This document shows, one piece after another, positions 51,212 through 64,000 of a DNA stretch of 64,000 bases. Source of the stretch: Geosiphon pyriformis uo1 (taxonomy: Eukaryota > Fungi > Glomeromycota); assembly GCA_016748015.1 (NCBI GenBank), contig JAAOMT010000484.1:71443-135442 (forward strand). The letters are read 5' to 3'. Each line of letters starts with the position of its first letter. The first letter of the stretch is position 1. The notes beneath the pieces are model-generated. The model was not told the origin of the DNA, searched no databases, and was given only the letters and a program-made list of their open reading frames with translations. Made by a program: the position numbers and the translations under genes.

Positions 51212-53798
51212 ATAGCATTAGAAATTTCTGTTAGCATTATGATACAAATAGCATCTAAATCGAGCCTTGCAAAGAAAAAAATTGACGTAAAAAGAGGAAT
51301 TATTGATGCCAGCTATACAGAAAACATCATCATAATACTACAGAACAATTCAGACAAACTCTACAAGATCAAATCTCATGAAAAAATTGCCCAAGCCATT
51401 TTCTTATCTTTAGTCAAAATACTCCAACTAGCTCCAGTTACCACCTGAGAAGAATTAGGTCTTACTGCTCAAGGAATTAATGGGTTTGGCTTAAGTGGAA
51501 GAGAGAACATAGCAGTCAATTTTATGGAAGAGGATAGTGACCAGATAGAACTTATCTATATTGACACCATTATTTTTATCCCTTTTTATCAGCAGTACAT
51601 TCTCAAAGTCAACAGAAAGATTCAGAACCAAGCACTAGTCTTTGAAGCCAATTTTGAGATCTGCTTGCTAGCCAATATTGCTAACCTGTACTTACCAGCC
51701 AAAGCTCATAAACACTTCAAAATTTCCATCCACAATCTAACCAAAAACATTATCAAAACTCTTGAGGGAACTCTTGTTGGTTCTATATCTTCAGATATTC
51801 AGAATCCAGAAAAAACCCAGCTTATTCCAGACTTTGCTTAATTGTTCTTGTTCTGTAATATTACCTTACAAGTATAGAATCTGCCAAAGGAAAGTTATTT
51901 GTTCATGCCAGAAGAAATCAATAAACTCAATTTGGAAAACCTGAATACTTTACAGCAAATGCAACTTAAGATTTTATTGAACCAATATGCCAATGTCTTT
52001 GCCAGCAAAAATGAGTTCGGATGCACCAACATTGTGAAACACCAGATTGATACTGAAAATGCTCAACCTATTAAGCAATAAGCTTATCAAGTACTCTCAT
52101 CTGGCAATAATCTAATTAAGCAGAAAGTACAATGAATGCTTGACAACAGACTGATTAAAGAATCATTAAGCTCTTGGTCTTTTCTAGTGGTCTTAGTCAC
52201 AAAAAAGAACAGAAAGGTATGATTTTGTGTGGATTACTGAAAATTAAATAGTGTTATTCAAGGAGATAGCTATCTCACTCCTCTTATCCAAGAAATTCTA
52301 GACAACTTAGGAAAGAAGAAATGATTCTTGTTACTAGATTTAGCCAGTAGATATTGACAAGTCAAAATAAACTCAAAAGACAAAAAAAAAATGGCATTCA
52401 CCACCTGAGATGAAAACTTTGAATTTAATGTAATGTCTTTCAGACTATGTAATACTCCTACTATCTTCTAATGTCTCATGGATATCATGTATAAATAAAC
52501 CTTGTGGAAATTGTTTATAGTATATTTGGATAACACCAATGTCTTCTCAGAAACATTTGTTCCACTTACAACAAGTCTTTGAATGTTTTCGAAGTGCTGG
52601 ATTGAAACTTAACCTGAATAAATGCTTCTTTGGGAAAACCAAACTGAAATTCTTAGGACATGTGATTGGCAAAGACAGAGTAAAACCTGATCCAGACAAA
52701 ATCTAAAAGGTCAAGAATTTTTCAGTCTCAATTAACTTATAAGAGCTACAAAGATTTTTAGAATTGGCTGGATATTACTGCTGATTTGTCAAAGAATTCT
52801 CAACTATCACAAAACCCCTTCATCACTTGTTGTTCAAATACATGCCATACTTGTGGAAGGAAGAGCAACAAAAGGCCTTTGACTATCTTAAACAGCAATT
52901 AATTACATTTCCAATACTAATCTATTCTGACTTTACCAAACAATTCATTGTTGCTACAGATGCATTAAAAAATACACTAAGAGCTGTATTATCACAAATA
53001 AAACCAGACAGAAGAGAACATCCAATTGTCTATGTAATTTGTAGTATCAGCCCAGCAGAAAAAATATATAGCACAACAGATTTGGAATGCCTTGCCATTT
53101 ATTGAGCCATATAAACATAGAAACACTACCTCAGACAACCATTTGACCTATATACTGATCATAAGAGACTTATCTGGTTACTTAATAACCCACAGCTGAA
53201 AGAAAAATATATGAGATGGAGTACTTATCTGCAACAATTCCCACTCAAAGTTCATTACAAAGAAGAATCCAAAAACACCAATGCCAACAGTTTGTTAAAG
53301 ATGTCACAAACCTAATTTCAGACCCATAGACATATTTACTTATCAGCGATTACATCAGTACCTATTGACACTACATTTTAAGGAGATATTATCTCAACAG
53401 GAACAAAATACCATACAAAAACAAGTGCAAAATTACTTTATTAAAAATGACTAATTCTATTGTCGAGAATGACAAAACCACACCACCTCACAACAATTAA
53501 TCAAGGACTGTGAAAAAGAAGCTATATTATATAGTATGCATTCCAATTCAATTGCAGAACACTTCAACAAAGATGCAACTCTGAAAAGAACAACAAATCT
53601 GTACTATTGATCTACAATATATAAGGATATCTTCAAATATGTTCTTAATTGTAACTTATGCCAGCAAAGAAGAGGAGGCAGAATAACAGAACCACTTCAA
53701 CTCATTCCAGTTGGAAATTCATTTGATAGAATTGGAATTAATTTGGTTGGTCTTCTCTTGATTACATCTAAAAAAAATTGTTATATTGTGGTAGCCAT

Positions 53799-54786
53799 TG
53801 TTACCAGACAAAATTAGAGATATTGTTTAGCATGAAATTACCCTTATAAATCTTATTATTAATTAGCATATATTATCGTTTTAAATTATTACTTATTATA
53901 TTAGCAGAATATCCGAAATTATCATTTAATTAATAACCCAATTTGTACATAACACAAATATAACCTAATTGCAATGATCAATTATGCAATACTCCAAACT
54001 ATGTAACATTCAAAAAGTTTGCCAAAATTTGTAAGAAATTCGCCGAAATAATTGGTAGTTTGCCGAAATATCTAATAGTTCGCAGAAATAACTTGTAGTT
54101 TGCCAAAATGTATCTTTAGTTCAGCAAAATTATAGAAAATAGCAAAGTTAAAGTTCATAGAATAGTGTTATGACAAGTTGTATAAAAGAAAAGCTTTTCT
54201 CTTTGAAAAAATGTATCTTACTTCAGATTTAATAATTATAATCATTCTTTACACACAAAAACAAAATAAATATCAAATAATTTCGAAAAGCCAAATTTTT
54301 AAATTATTTCCCTTGAAATTAACCAATTCCTACTAACAGTTTGAAATTGATTAGCTACCAATTTCAGTAGACTGTTAAAGCACTTCCAGGCCTGGATCCA
54401 AAACAACTTCCATAAATTATCAGTTTTACTTTTTCTTTTACATTTCTTTTATTTTCTTTCTTTTCTTATTATAAATCATTTGGGTAGCCTACAAACAAGA
54501 ATTCCTGTAGAAGAGTTGACTTTCACAGCAAAGTAACTACACATTTTTAATGAGCTTCTAGATGAGCAATTCCTAGGAAAAAGTTGACATTTACTACAAC
54601 GTAACTATACAAAGTAATTGGCACAGAATTGGCCATTCCACTTATAAGCCCAGCAGTTCAAATTATAGGAGATAATTTGAAGATAAATTCAGTTATTGGA
54701 GGTTCAAACACTTTCCATAATCGTGAATTAACAGCATTACAACAAACATACAAAAGCTAAGAAGAGACCAAAAACCTCCAGTAACA
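53799..54786 (+). repeat. 5' LTR of C
   Basis: TGTTAC...GTAACA; ~20-bp TT(C/T)GCC(G/A)AAA repeats ~54016-54130; TATAAAAG ~54181; AATAAA 54265. Confidence 0.95.
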
Positions 54787-54831
54787 TTTGGTGCTCTTTC
54801 ATGGAAACAACACAGCAAAAACAACTTCAAA

Positions 54832-57800
54832 GTGGTGACCACACCAGATGCAACAACTCTAGAGTATTACCAATCAATTTACACCCACTGCAAACAAAGA
54901 TTCAACATTCCAGACAGAATTGAAGTTGTCAAAAAATCAGTATACCAATATGTTAAAAACTGTATCAACAATTATCTTTTTGGAAATTACAATATCTTAG
55001 AAGTTAGAAGCAACTTTTACAATAATTTAGTACACTATTCACAGTTGAGAACTAAAGATCTTAACAGTGAAACACTTGCCACTTACTTTCAAGAACTAAA
55101 TTTTAACATTATCAAGTACTGTGAAGAAACATATCTAGTGCAGTCTCAATACTCCATTGATTTTGAATTAGAAACAGAAACAAGCAACAAAGGCAAACAA
55201 AAATTGAAGCAATACTCAAAAACCACCCCAAATACTCCAATACTACCAAAAACAACTGCCAAACACTTACAAACACCTGAACAAGGAACCAGTTCAAAAC
55301 TTTCACTTACTATCACACCTTTTCTAGCTTCACTTGCACAAGCACAAACACCTAATTCACCCTTAAATCAATTTGCAAGACTAGAAGATTTTACATCACC
55401 CAGAAGTCCCACCAGACAACAAGAACCCCTCCAAACTAGTTCCAATCTCCTTGACTTTCTAGCTGAAAATCGAAGTGAACACTCTGAGACAGCAATGAAC
55501 AAAGAAAATGACTCTGAAATATCTGAAGAAAAATCAATAGACAGTGAAAATAAAGAAGACAAAATGACAGTATATATCGCAAAAATCCCTGAATTCAATG
55601 GAGAAAACATTGAGACCAGTCCCCAAGAATGGCTCGACCAAGTTACTAAAACTGGAGATGCAAATGGATGGAATGCTGCCAGAATGTTAAGAACAATTCC
55701 CTACTTTTTCAAAGGAACAGCAGGCAAATGGTTCAAAAACTTGACCATCCCTTTTAATGACTGGACAGCTTTCAAAACTGCCTTCTTAGAACAATTCACT
55801 GATAACAACACCTCAATCACTTTTCAAAATTGTTTTCGCAATATCAAACAAGAACTCTCCGAATCTGTTATGACTTATATTGGGAAATTCAACAAACTTC
55901 TTAAACAAATTTGTCAACTTGAAACTAATGATTATTATTCTGACACTCAAATCTTGAATCAATTTATCACTGGTCTAAAAGATAAACTGATTAAAAAGGT
56001 TCACTTACATGCCCTGGAAGATTTAAACTCTGCCATACAGCATGCAAAAAGATATGAAATAGCCATAGAAGAGACCAATTGCACAAAACTTGTAAATTTG
56101 GCAATTGGAGAAACCAGCTTAGCAGCTGAGGAGAAAATTGACCAACTAACAAAAAAGGTTGAAAACTATTTCACCAATTAACAACAGCAATCCCAAAAAT
56201 ATCAAACTCCTCAAAGACAAAATCAAAATAACTCTGCACCACTTTCTAATAACCAGCCTCAGAATTGCCATTACTGTGGAATCCCTGGCCACTGGAAAAA
56301 AGATTGTAGAAAGTTACAACAAGATCAACAAAATAGGAGTAATCAACGTTACTCTCCACCACAACAATCTTATTATCCACCACCAGTACCAGCTTACTAT
56401 CCACCAAGACCCCAATACCAAAGTAACTATTATCAGCCTGTCCCACAGCCAATCCAACAGCAATACCAACAACCATCCACACAATATTACCAAGTATCTG
56501 CTTGAAGATTGACTTCACAAAACCAATTTACATCACAAAACCAATACCAAGTAAACAACAATAGAATCAGTTCAAACAACCAATTGGTTCTCTAAAATTC
56601 CATTCAACCAAGACCCAACTACTATCACACTCAACCCAGTTATTTAACAATACCTGAAGAACAGAATTTTCACCATATTGCACTCTCAAAAGGTAGAACT
56701 GCAGCACAACAACAAAACCCTTCCTATACTCCTACCACAATCCCACTAGCCAGAATTGCTGAAAATACCAACCTTTCAGATATATTCTCTTTTGAATTTG
56801 AAGCAAATGAATCACCATTTTTGCTTAGCAATACAGTGGCTAACAAGCAAAAAGCCATCACTGCAATGTACACAGAAGCTGAAATAGAAGGAAAGTCAAT
56901 TTGCTTGATTCTAGACAGTGAATCCGCTGGAAGCATCATCACATATCAATTGATGCAGCAGCTAAAAAGAAATGTTGACCAACCAGCTCAGACAATCATT
57001 GTCACTGCTGATGGCATGAAAAAGACTTCAGTAAGAGAAATTGACAATTTCCCATTCACAATTGACGGAATCACTATTCCAGTCAAAGTTCTGATCATGG
57101 ATGCTATTTAATACCAAGCTCTTGTTGGAAACAATTGGCTCCAAAAAGCCAATGCTAATCTGAATTGGGAGACACAAGAGTTAACAATCTTCTACCAAGG
57201 ACAACATGCCCAGATACCTGCCACTTGTGGTACATTCAACAAATGCTCCGAAAAAGCCCCAGCTTTTGAATTCAAACCGGAAGAAGAAAAGCCCATCATT
57301 GAAACATTTATGGCACTTGGATCAACCTCCAATTGGGCTGATGAAACTGAACAACAGTACTTTTCAACAAATAATTCTTTTGAAACAAAAGAACCAGTAA
57401 CAACCAGATGGAATGTCCTCTATTCAAAACCAAAACCATGAAAACAACACCTCTACATTCCACTCAAATGCAAGGACTGCCACAAGAAACTCTCCTCAAT
57501 GAGAGCCTGCATTTCACCTGAAGAAGACTATAAAAATCATACTTGTTATTACTGCAAGGCTTGCCATAGAAAATGATGGGGCCATCTAATAAAAAGAAGC
57601 AGAAAATAGGATAACACTCCTTGTTTAACTTGTGGAAATATGCTACCAGAAGAATGCAATTGGATTGATGTAGCAATGAGAGAAGGAGTCTGCAATCAGA
57701 CCTGCCAATATGCTTTATCAATTTCAGAAAAAGTAAAAAGAAGAACACCCTTTAATGCGGCATACAACAGTGCTCTCAACAAACTTTATCACTACCCTCA

Positions 57801-60461
57801 TGATGCTGAGATGATTTTTGACCTAGCAATGGCATTAATTAATAGAGCCACCAAAGAAAATATCCATCAAATGAAGGAAGCAGAATACATTGAATACATC
57901 ATGGAATTAGCTGAATTTGATTATGAAGATGAAGTAGAAGTCTATTACCAAATTGCAAGTCACATCTACCCAACCCAAGAAGCTCAAATTCAATGATTAG
58001 AGCAAATGAACATTAGGCTATGTGAAGAATGCATTATGCTTTGTAATGAACAGTGGTGTCCTGAATGCTATGCTCTTAGCATTCCTCTGCCCAGTAAAAA
58101 CAATTAGAATGAAATTGAATTTGGAGAACCTAAAGCAACAGAAAAAATTGAAGCAACACCCATCTATCTTATCAAAAACCAGTCTGCTTTACAACTCAAA
58201 TACTTCAACAACAATGGACAAGGAATAAAACCCAAAAAAGCACATGAAATTAATGCTGGATATGACCTAAGATATCCAGACAAAGATACTCTCATTCTCA
58301 AACCCAAATTTCTCACAAAAATCAATCTCAAAATTGTTCTCGAAATCCCGCCAGAAGCAATGGTTCAAATCGTCTTTCAGTCCTCTTTGGCAAACAAAGG
58401 AATTAATGTCAGAGGAAGAATAATTGATGCTGGATATACTGGTGACATAACAGTAATACTTCAAAATGAAACTGACAAGCCGTTTAAGATTGAACATACT
58501 AAGAAAATTGCCCAAGCCATTTATTTATCCTTAATCAACATTTTGGGTTTACAATTAGTCAATCAAAGAGAACTATTGGGAAAAAGTGAAAGAAGAACCC
58601 AAAATTTTGGTTCAACTGAACAATTCACAGTTCCAATAAACATAGCTCTTCATGAACAGAAAAAATCTCACCAGATTTTATGACTTCCACAACCAATTAC
58701 CATTTCATCTTTTGGAAAACATCTTGAAATTTACACTTGTGAAAAGCCAACAACCACACAACAAATTTTTGAGTCCAATGAACAAATTTGCTTGGAACAT
58801 AATATCTCGATCCCAAACATTTATATTTCAGAAGGAACAAAGAAAATCTGAGTTACTTTTTACAATCCCAATAATTACCCCATAGTTTTATTAAATAACT
58901 TAGAAATTGGAGTTATTTACAATAATATCTTTCAACAAGAATTACCCCAAACAGTCCCCAATTTCTCTGAAATTATTGGACATTCACTACCAAAAATCAA
59001 CCCAAACTCCAGCTCTGAAAACTACCATGTTGTCATGGAAAAACTATCTCGAATCAACATGAGACAACTTGAACCACAACAACAAAACCAGCTCAAAAAG
59101 CTAATTACAGAATTTGCCGATATCTTTGCCAAAAACAACAATGACTTAGAAAGAACCGATTTGGTTCAACACCAAATCTACACAGGAGATGCCAAACCAA
59201 GGCGACAGCAAGCCTACCAAGTTGTTCCAGAAAGTCACCAATTTATCTGCGAAGAAGTACAACAGATGCTCAACAATGGGCTTATTCAACCATCAATGAG
59301 TCCATGGGCTTCACCTGTGGTCTTAGTTAAAAAAAAAATGGAAAGATATGATTTTGTGTTGATTATCGACAACTCAACAGCATCATCATTGGAGATGCCT
59401 ACCCTTTTCTCCGAATTGATGACATGTTAAATGCTCTTGGAAAGTCCAAATACTTTTTGACATTAGATTTGGAAAGTGGATACTGACAAGTTGCCATGGA
59501 TCCCAAAGATCACCCCAAAACAGCATTCACCACTCAAAGAGGAAATTACGAGTTTAATGTAATGCTTTTCAGATTATGTAATGTACCAGCAACATTCCAA
59601 AGACTCATGGATGTTGTTTACAAAAACCTCCTTTGGAAATCAGTAGTTGTCTATCTTGATGATACTAATGTTTATTCACCCTTTTTTGAGTTACACTTAA
59701 AACACCTGTGAGAAGTTTTTCAATAACTACAAAAAGCAGGATTGAAACTGAACATCGAAAAATGCTATTTCAGAAAAACAAGTTTGGTCTTTCTTGGTCA
59801 CATTGTTAGCAAAGATGGAATTAAACCAGACCCTGGAAAAATCAACACTGTCAAAAACTTCAAAACTCCATGAAATACCACAGAAGTAAGAGGATTTATT
59901 GAATTAGCATCTTATTACCGAAAATTCATTAAAAAATTCTCAGAAATTGCAAAACCCCTCAACCAGCTCACTACTAAAAACGTCAAATACAAATGGACAA
60001 AAGAACACCAAAAAGCTTTTGAAATTCTCAAAGAAAAACTGACAACAGCTCCAATTCTCGCCTACTCAGACTTCAGTAACCAATTTCGACTAGCTATAAA
60101 TGCTTCTTACACTGTCTTTGGTGTTATTTTATCATAATTAGATGACAACAAAAATGAGCAAGTAATTGCTTATGCTAATAGAACATTAAAACCAGCCAAG
60201 AAAAACTATCCTGCCACAGAACTAAAAACAACAGCCATAATTTGGGCCCTACACCACTTCAACCTTTATCTCAGACCTAAAAAATTCGATATTATTACTG
60301 ATAATATTGGACTCAAATGGCTTCAGAACAAAAACACTTAGCTAAATGCAAAACAAACTTGATGAACAAGATTTTTAGCCAACTACCAATACATTGTACA
60401 TCACAAACCAGGAAAACTCCACACCAATATTGATTGTCTCTTAAGAATGAAGCAAGATTAG
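54832..60461 (+). pseudogene. Element C gag-PR-Cys-rich-dUTPase-RT-RNaseH polyprotein (many stops)
   Basis: IAKIPEFNGE capsid-like start, CHYCGIPGHWKKDC, LILDSES, dUTPase ~58234-58618 (AGYDL, GRIIDAGYTG, IAQAI, FGST), YLDD, ends DCLLRMKQD*. Confidence 0.92.
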
Positions 60462-60507
60462 AACATAAAAACAACACTTATTTGAATTAACAACAAAACA
60501 ACAAACA

Positions 60508-61890
60508 ATGAACCCCGAAAACTACAACAATCTTAAACAATATTTGAAGACATTAACAATCCCAACAGATTGGTCCCCAGATAAAAAACATTGGTTACAA
60601 CAACAAGCCAAACAATACTTCTTATACAACAATATGATTTATTATCGAAACTTCAGAAACCCAGACAATCCACTCAGATTAATACAAGAACAGGAAAAAG
60701 AAACTATTCTATATAACATGCATTCAGACCCTTTATCAGCACACCTAGGAAAAGACAGCACCATCCAGAAAACATTAGAATATTACTTTTGGTCTCAAAT
60801 GAGAAAAGACATTCATAAATACGTTAAATCTTGTGATAGTTGTCAAAGAAAAGGAGGAACTCACCTTACAGAACCTTTAAACCCAATCAATATTGAACAG
60901 TCTTTTGACAGAGTTGGTATCGATTTAATCGGATCACTACCTATCACAAACCAAGAAAACTATTATATTGCAGTAGCTGTAGACTATCTCACCAAATGGT
61001 CTGAAGCCAGAGCCATTCAACGAACAGATGCGAAATTAGTAGCAAACTTCATCTATGAAGACATTATTTGTAGACATGGATGCCCAATAAAACTTTTATC
61101 TGATCAAGGAACACATTTCGTGAACAATTTAATCCAGGAAATTTGTGAATGATTTAATGTTAAGAGACCATTATCTTTGCCCTACCATCCACAAACAAAT
61201 GGGTTTGTAGAACGTTTTAATAGGACACTGTATGAATCATTAGCCAAAGTCTCAACTGATTTTGAGCAAGAATGGGATATTTTTATCCCATCAGTGTTAC
61301 TAGCATATAGGACACTAAAACAAGATACCACAAAACACACACCATTTGATTTAACTTACAGAAGGACAGCAACATTACCAATTAGTTTCACAGTAGAAAC
61401 ATACCCACAACCAATTGATAAAAACAATTTCCAGAAAATGCTTCAGCAATAAGCCTACACTCTGTTTAGCACATTGAAAGGAAAATGATGAATAGCAGCC
61501 ACCCATATTGAATACTCCCAAGCTTAACAAAAAGAATGGCATGATAACAAATTGCCTCCAGTTACCAATGAATTTAAAATTGGAAACAAAGTTCTCTTAC
61601 ACAGAACTAAAGCTGAAAAACAATGAAGTGGAAAATTCGAGAATAAATGAGATAGACCATTCTTTATTTATGAAGTTTTAGGCAACAAATCATACAAGCT
61701 AAGACTTGATGACAAAATTCTAGCAAAAGTTGCACATAGAGATCGTTTGAAACACTATAATTCCAGAAACAATCTTGAATCATTAATTCCACAAATTGGT
61801 ACACATTCTTCTTTAATCAATCCCAAAGACATTCCCCGAAACTTAGAACCAATAGTTGTCATTAAACAACCCCCCAACTTGAACACTTAA
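60508..61890 (+). pseudogene. Element C integrase, separate ORF with its own ATG (internal stops)
   Basis: HHCC finger, GIDLIG, SDQGTHF, PYHPQTNGFVERFN, C-terminal LEPIVVI tail shared with D. Confidence 0.92.
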
Positions 61891-62033
61891 TTTCAATTTT
61901 ATTATAGTTATTCCCTTATAATTTAGAAACATATCACAACAAAAACAAAACAAAGCATGCTGAAAAAATAAAAATAATATAAAAACCCACATACCAAAAA
62001 TAATTTCAATTTTATTTTTCTAATTTCATTATA

Positions 62034-62753
62034 ATGACTATCCCTTAAAATATTCAACAGTTATCTCAAAAATTAATGTTAGCTTTAAAAACAATACTCA
62101 AATTATTCATTACTATCACTGAAAAACATATTAATTATACCCAAACAGAAATAGTTACAAATCTAACCCCAAATTCATGAAAGTATCACTCTTATAAAAA
62201 AAACACAAGAAGTTATTCTGGAATTCATTTACCAGAACTTTTGAAGCTTGCTTTAAGAAAAAACTTATTGCTTACCCCTATTAGTATTTTACCAAATGCT
62301 ACTATTCAACAAAAACTTTAACTGTGTCTTAATGAAGAAAATGGCAAATACCCCCCAATATATAGATATTTTTATATTGAAAAAACACTTCATAAGCAAA
62401 AACTAGAGCTTACAGCAGCAAACCTCACAAAAAAAGCTATTCAGAAACAACTCCACAATGAATTCAAAACAACAGCTGGACCTACAAACAGTTGTTATAA
62501 ACTAAGAGCTGCTCTTAAACTTTATGACCTATTCCACACCTGTGAAAACGTCCTACAAAACCCAATTTTACAGCCTTTGAAGATTCAATACATTGGAAAG
62601 CTCACAGAACTGAAATTTCAACAATTTTCAGACCAAATTTCTTCAATAATTTTGGATTATTATCTAGAAATTACAGACAGTACTTGGACTTTAATAGAGC
62701 TCAGTCTTGAGGAGGAGGTTATGTTACCAGACAAAATTAGAGATATTGTTTAG
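62034..62753 (+). pseudogene. Element C ORF3 (~239 codons, internal stops), ending inside the 3' LTR
   Basis: ATG at 62034 is in frame through LYDLFHTCENVLQNP...IGKLTELKFQQF; homologous to D ORF3. Confidence 0.7.
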
Positions 62754-63709
62754 CATGAAATTATTCTTATAAATCTTATCATTAATTAGCATATATTATC
62801 ATTTCAAATTATCACTTATTACATTAACAAAATATTCGAAATTATTATTTAATTAATAACCCAATTTGTACATAATACAAATGTAACCTAATTGCAATGA
62901 TCAATCATGCAATACTCCAAACTATGTAACATTCAAAAAGTTTGCCAAAATTTGTAAGAAATTTGCCAAAATAATTGGTAGTTTGCCAAAATATCTAATA
63001 GTTCAAAGAAATAACTTGTAGTTCGCCAAAATGTATCTTTAGTTCAGTGAAATTATAGAAAATAGCAAAGTTCAAGTTCATAGAATAGTGTTATGGCAAG
63101 TTGTATAAAAGAAGAGCTTCTCTCTTTGAGAAAATGTATCTTACTTCAGATTTAATAATTATAATCATCCTTTACACACAAAAACAAAATAAATATCAAA
63201 TAAATTTGAAAAGCCAAATTTTTAAATTATTTCCCTTGAAATTAACCAATTCCTACTAACAGTTTGAAATTGATTAGCTACCAATTTCAGTAGACTGTTA
63301 AAGCACTTCCAGATCTGGATCCGAAATGACTTCCATAAATTATCAGTTTTACTTTTTCTTTTACATTTCTTTTATTCTCTTTCTTTTCTTATTATAAATT
63401 ATTTGAGTAGCCTACAGACAAGAATTCCTGTAGAAGAGTTGACTTTCACAGCAAAGTAACTACACATTTTTAGTAAGCTTCCAGATGAGCAATTCCTGGG
63501 AAAGAGTTGACATTTACTACAACATAACTATACAAAGTAACTGGCATGAAATTGGCCATTCCACTTATAAGTCCAGCAGTTCAAATTATAGGAGATAATT
63601 TGAAGATAAATTCAGTTATCGGAGGTTCAAACACTTTCTATAATTGTGAATTAACAGCATTACAACAAACATACAAGAGCTAAGAAGAGACCAAAAACCT
63701 CCAGTAACA
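62722..63709 (+). repeat. 3' LTR of C
   Basis: Same length as, and colinear with, 53799-54786. Confidence 0.95.
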
Positions 63710-64000
63710 CCATAGACTACCTTACAAAATGGCCAGAAGCCAGAACAATTCAAGTAGCTGACACCAAAACAGTAGCCAAATTTGTATACCAAGATCTAAT
63801 ATGCAGACATAGATGTCTAAAAGAACTGTTATTGGACTAAGGAACACATTTTGTCAATACTATGTTAACTGAATTAAGTCAATGTTTTGGTATAAAATGA
63901 TCTCTATTGTTACCATATCACCCACAAACAAATAGACTGGTAAAATAGTTTAACAGGACATTATGTAAAGCATTAGCAAAAATAAGTTATGAAAACAAAC

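Larger units (their letters stand above)
53799..63709 (+). mobile_element. Element C: full-length dUTPase-carrying Gypsy retrotransposon inserted in the integrase of B
   Basis: 988-bp LTRs at 53799-54786 and 62722-63709, CCAT/CCAT TSD, PBS tggtgctctttcatgg, PPT gaggaggagg. Confidence 0.95.
40445..64000 (+). mobile_element. Element B: older dUTPase-carrying Gypsy host, present as three segments (40445-43348, 51212-53798, 63710-64000) split by A and C
   Basis: gag (KLEKFSGEED, CYYCQK..H), protease (KLILNSGSA), dUTPase split at KINLKI|ALEI, RT/RNaseH with many stops, integrase split at VAI|DYLTKWPEAR. Confidence 0.9.

Noticed and set aside
63478-63520. CAGATGAG...stem in the C LTR resembling a hammerhead ribozyme core
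   Set aside because: Lacks the CUGAUGA and post-stem GAAA core in the required arrangement.

Overview
Eukaryotic, intron-containing fungal DNA. Gene content, short introns and TE style suggest an early-diverging fungus such as Glomeromycotina (inference only). The window has three parts. (1) 1-8.5 kb: extremely AT-rich, transition-eroded relics of Ty3/Gypsy LTR retrotransposons. (2) ~9.0-24.0 kb: a very compact island of nine spliced housekeeping genes (GLE1, TRM10, BET3, a GPALPP1/DUF3752 gene, glycerol kinase, SAH hydrolase, an OTU deubiquitinase, an SFM1-like SPOUT methyltransferase and an EEP-family hydrolase), eight of them in four head-to-head pairs. (3) ~24.5-64 kb: a deep nest of Gypsy elements, labelled here A, B, C, D, F, G and solo LTR E (A2 and H lie in part 1), with TGTTA...TAACA LTR ends and 4-bp target-site duplications. 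The main signal is the shared architecture of these elements. The polyprotein (gag-PR-[Cys-rich]-[dUTPase]-RT-RNaseH) stops just after RNase H. Integrase follows as a separate out-of-frame ORF with its own start codon, then a ~220-240-codon ORF3 in the env position, then a covarying 4-bp-stem/12-nt-loop motif just before the polypurine tract. All copies show pervasive C>T/G>A decay. Element D spans N gaps and contains assembly artefacts. Exon and TE boundaries were read by eye and may be off by a few bases.
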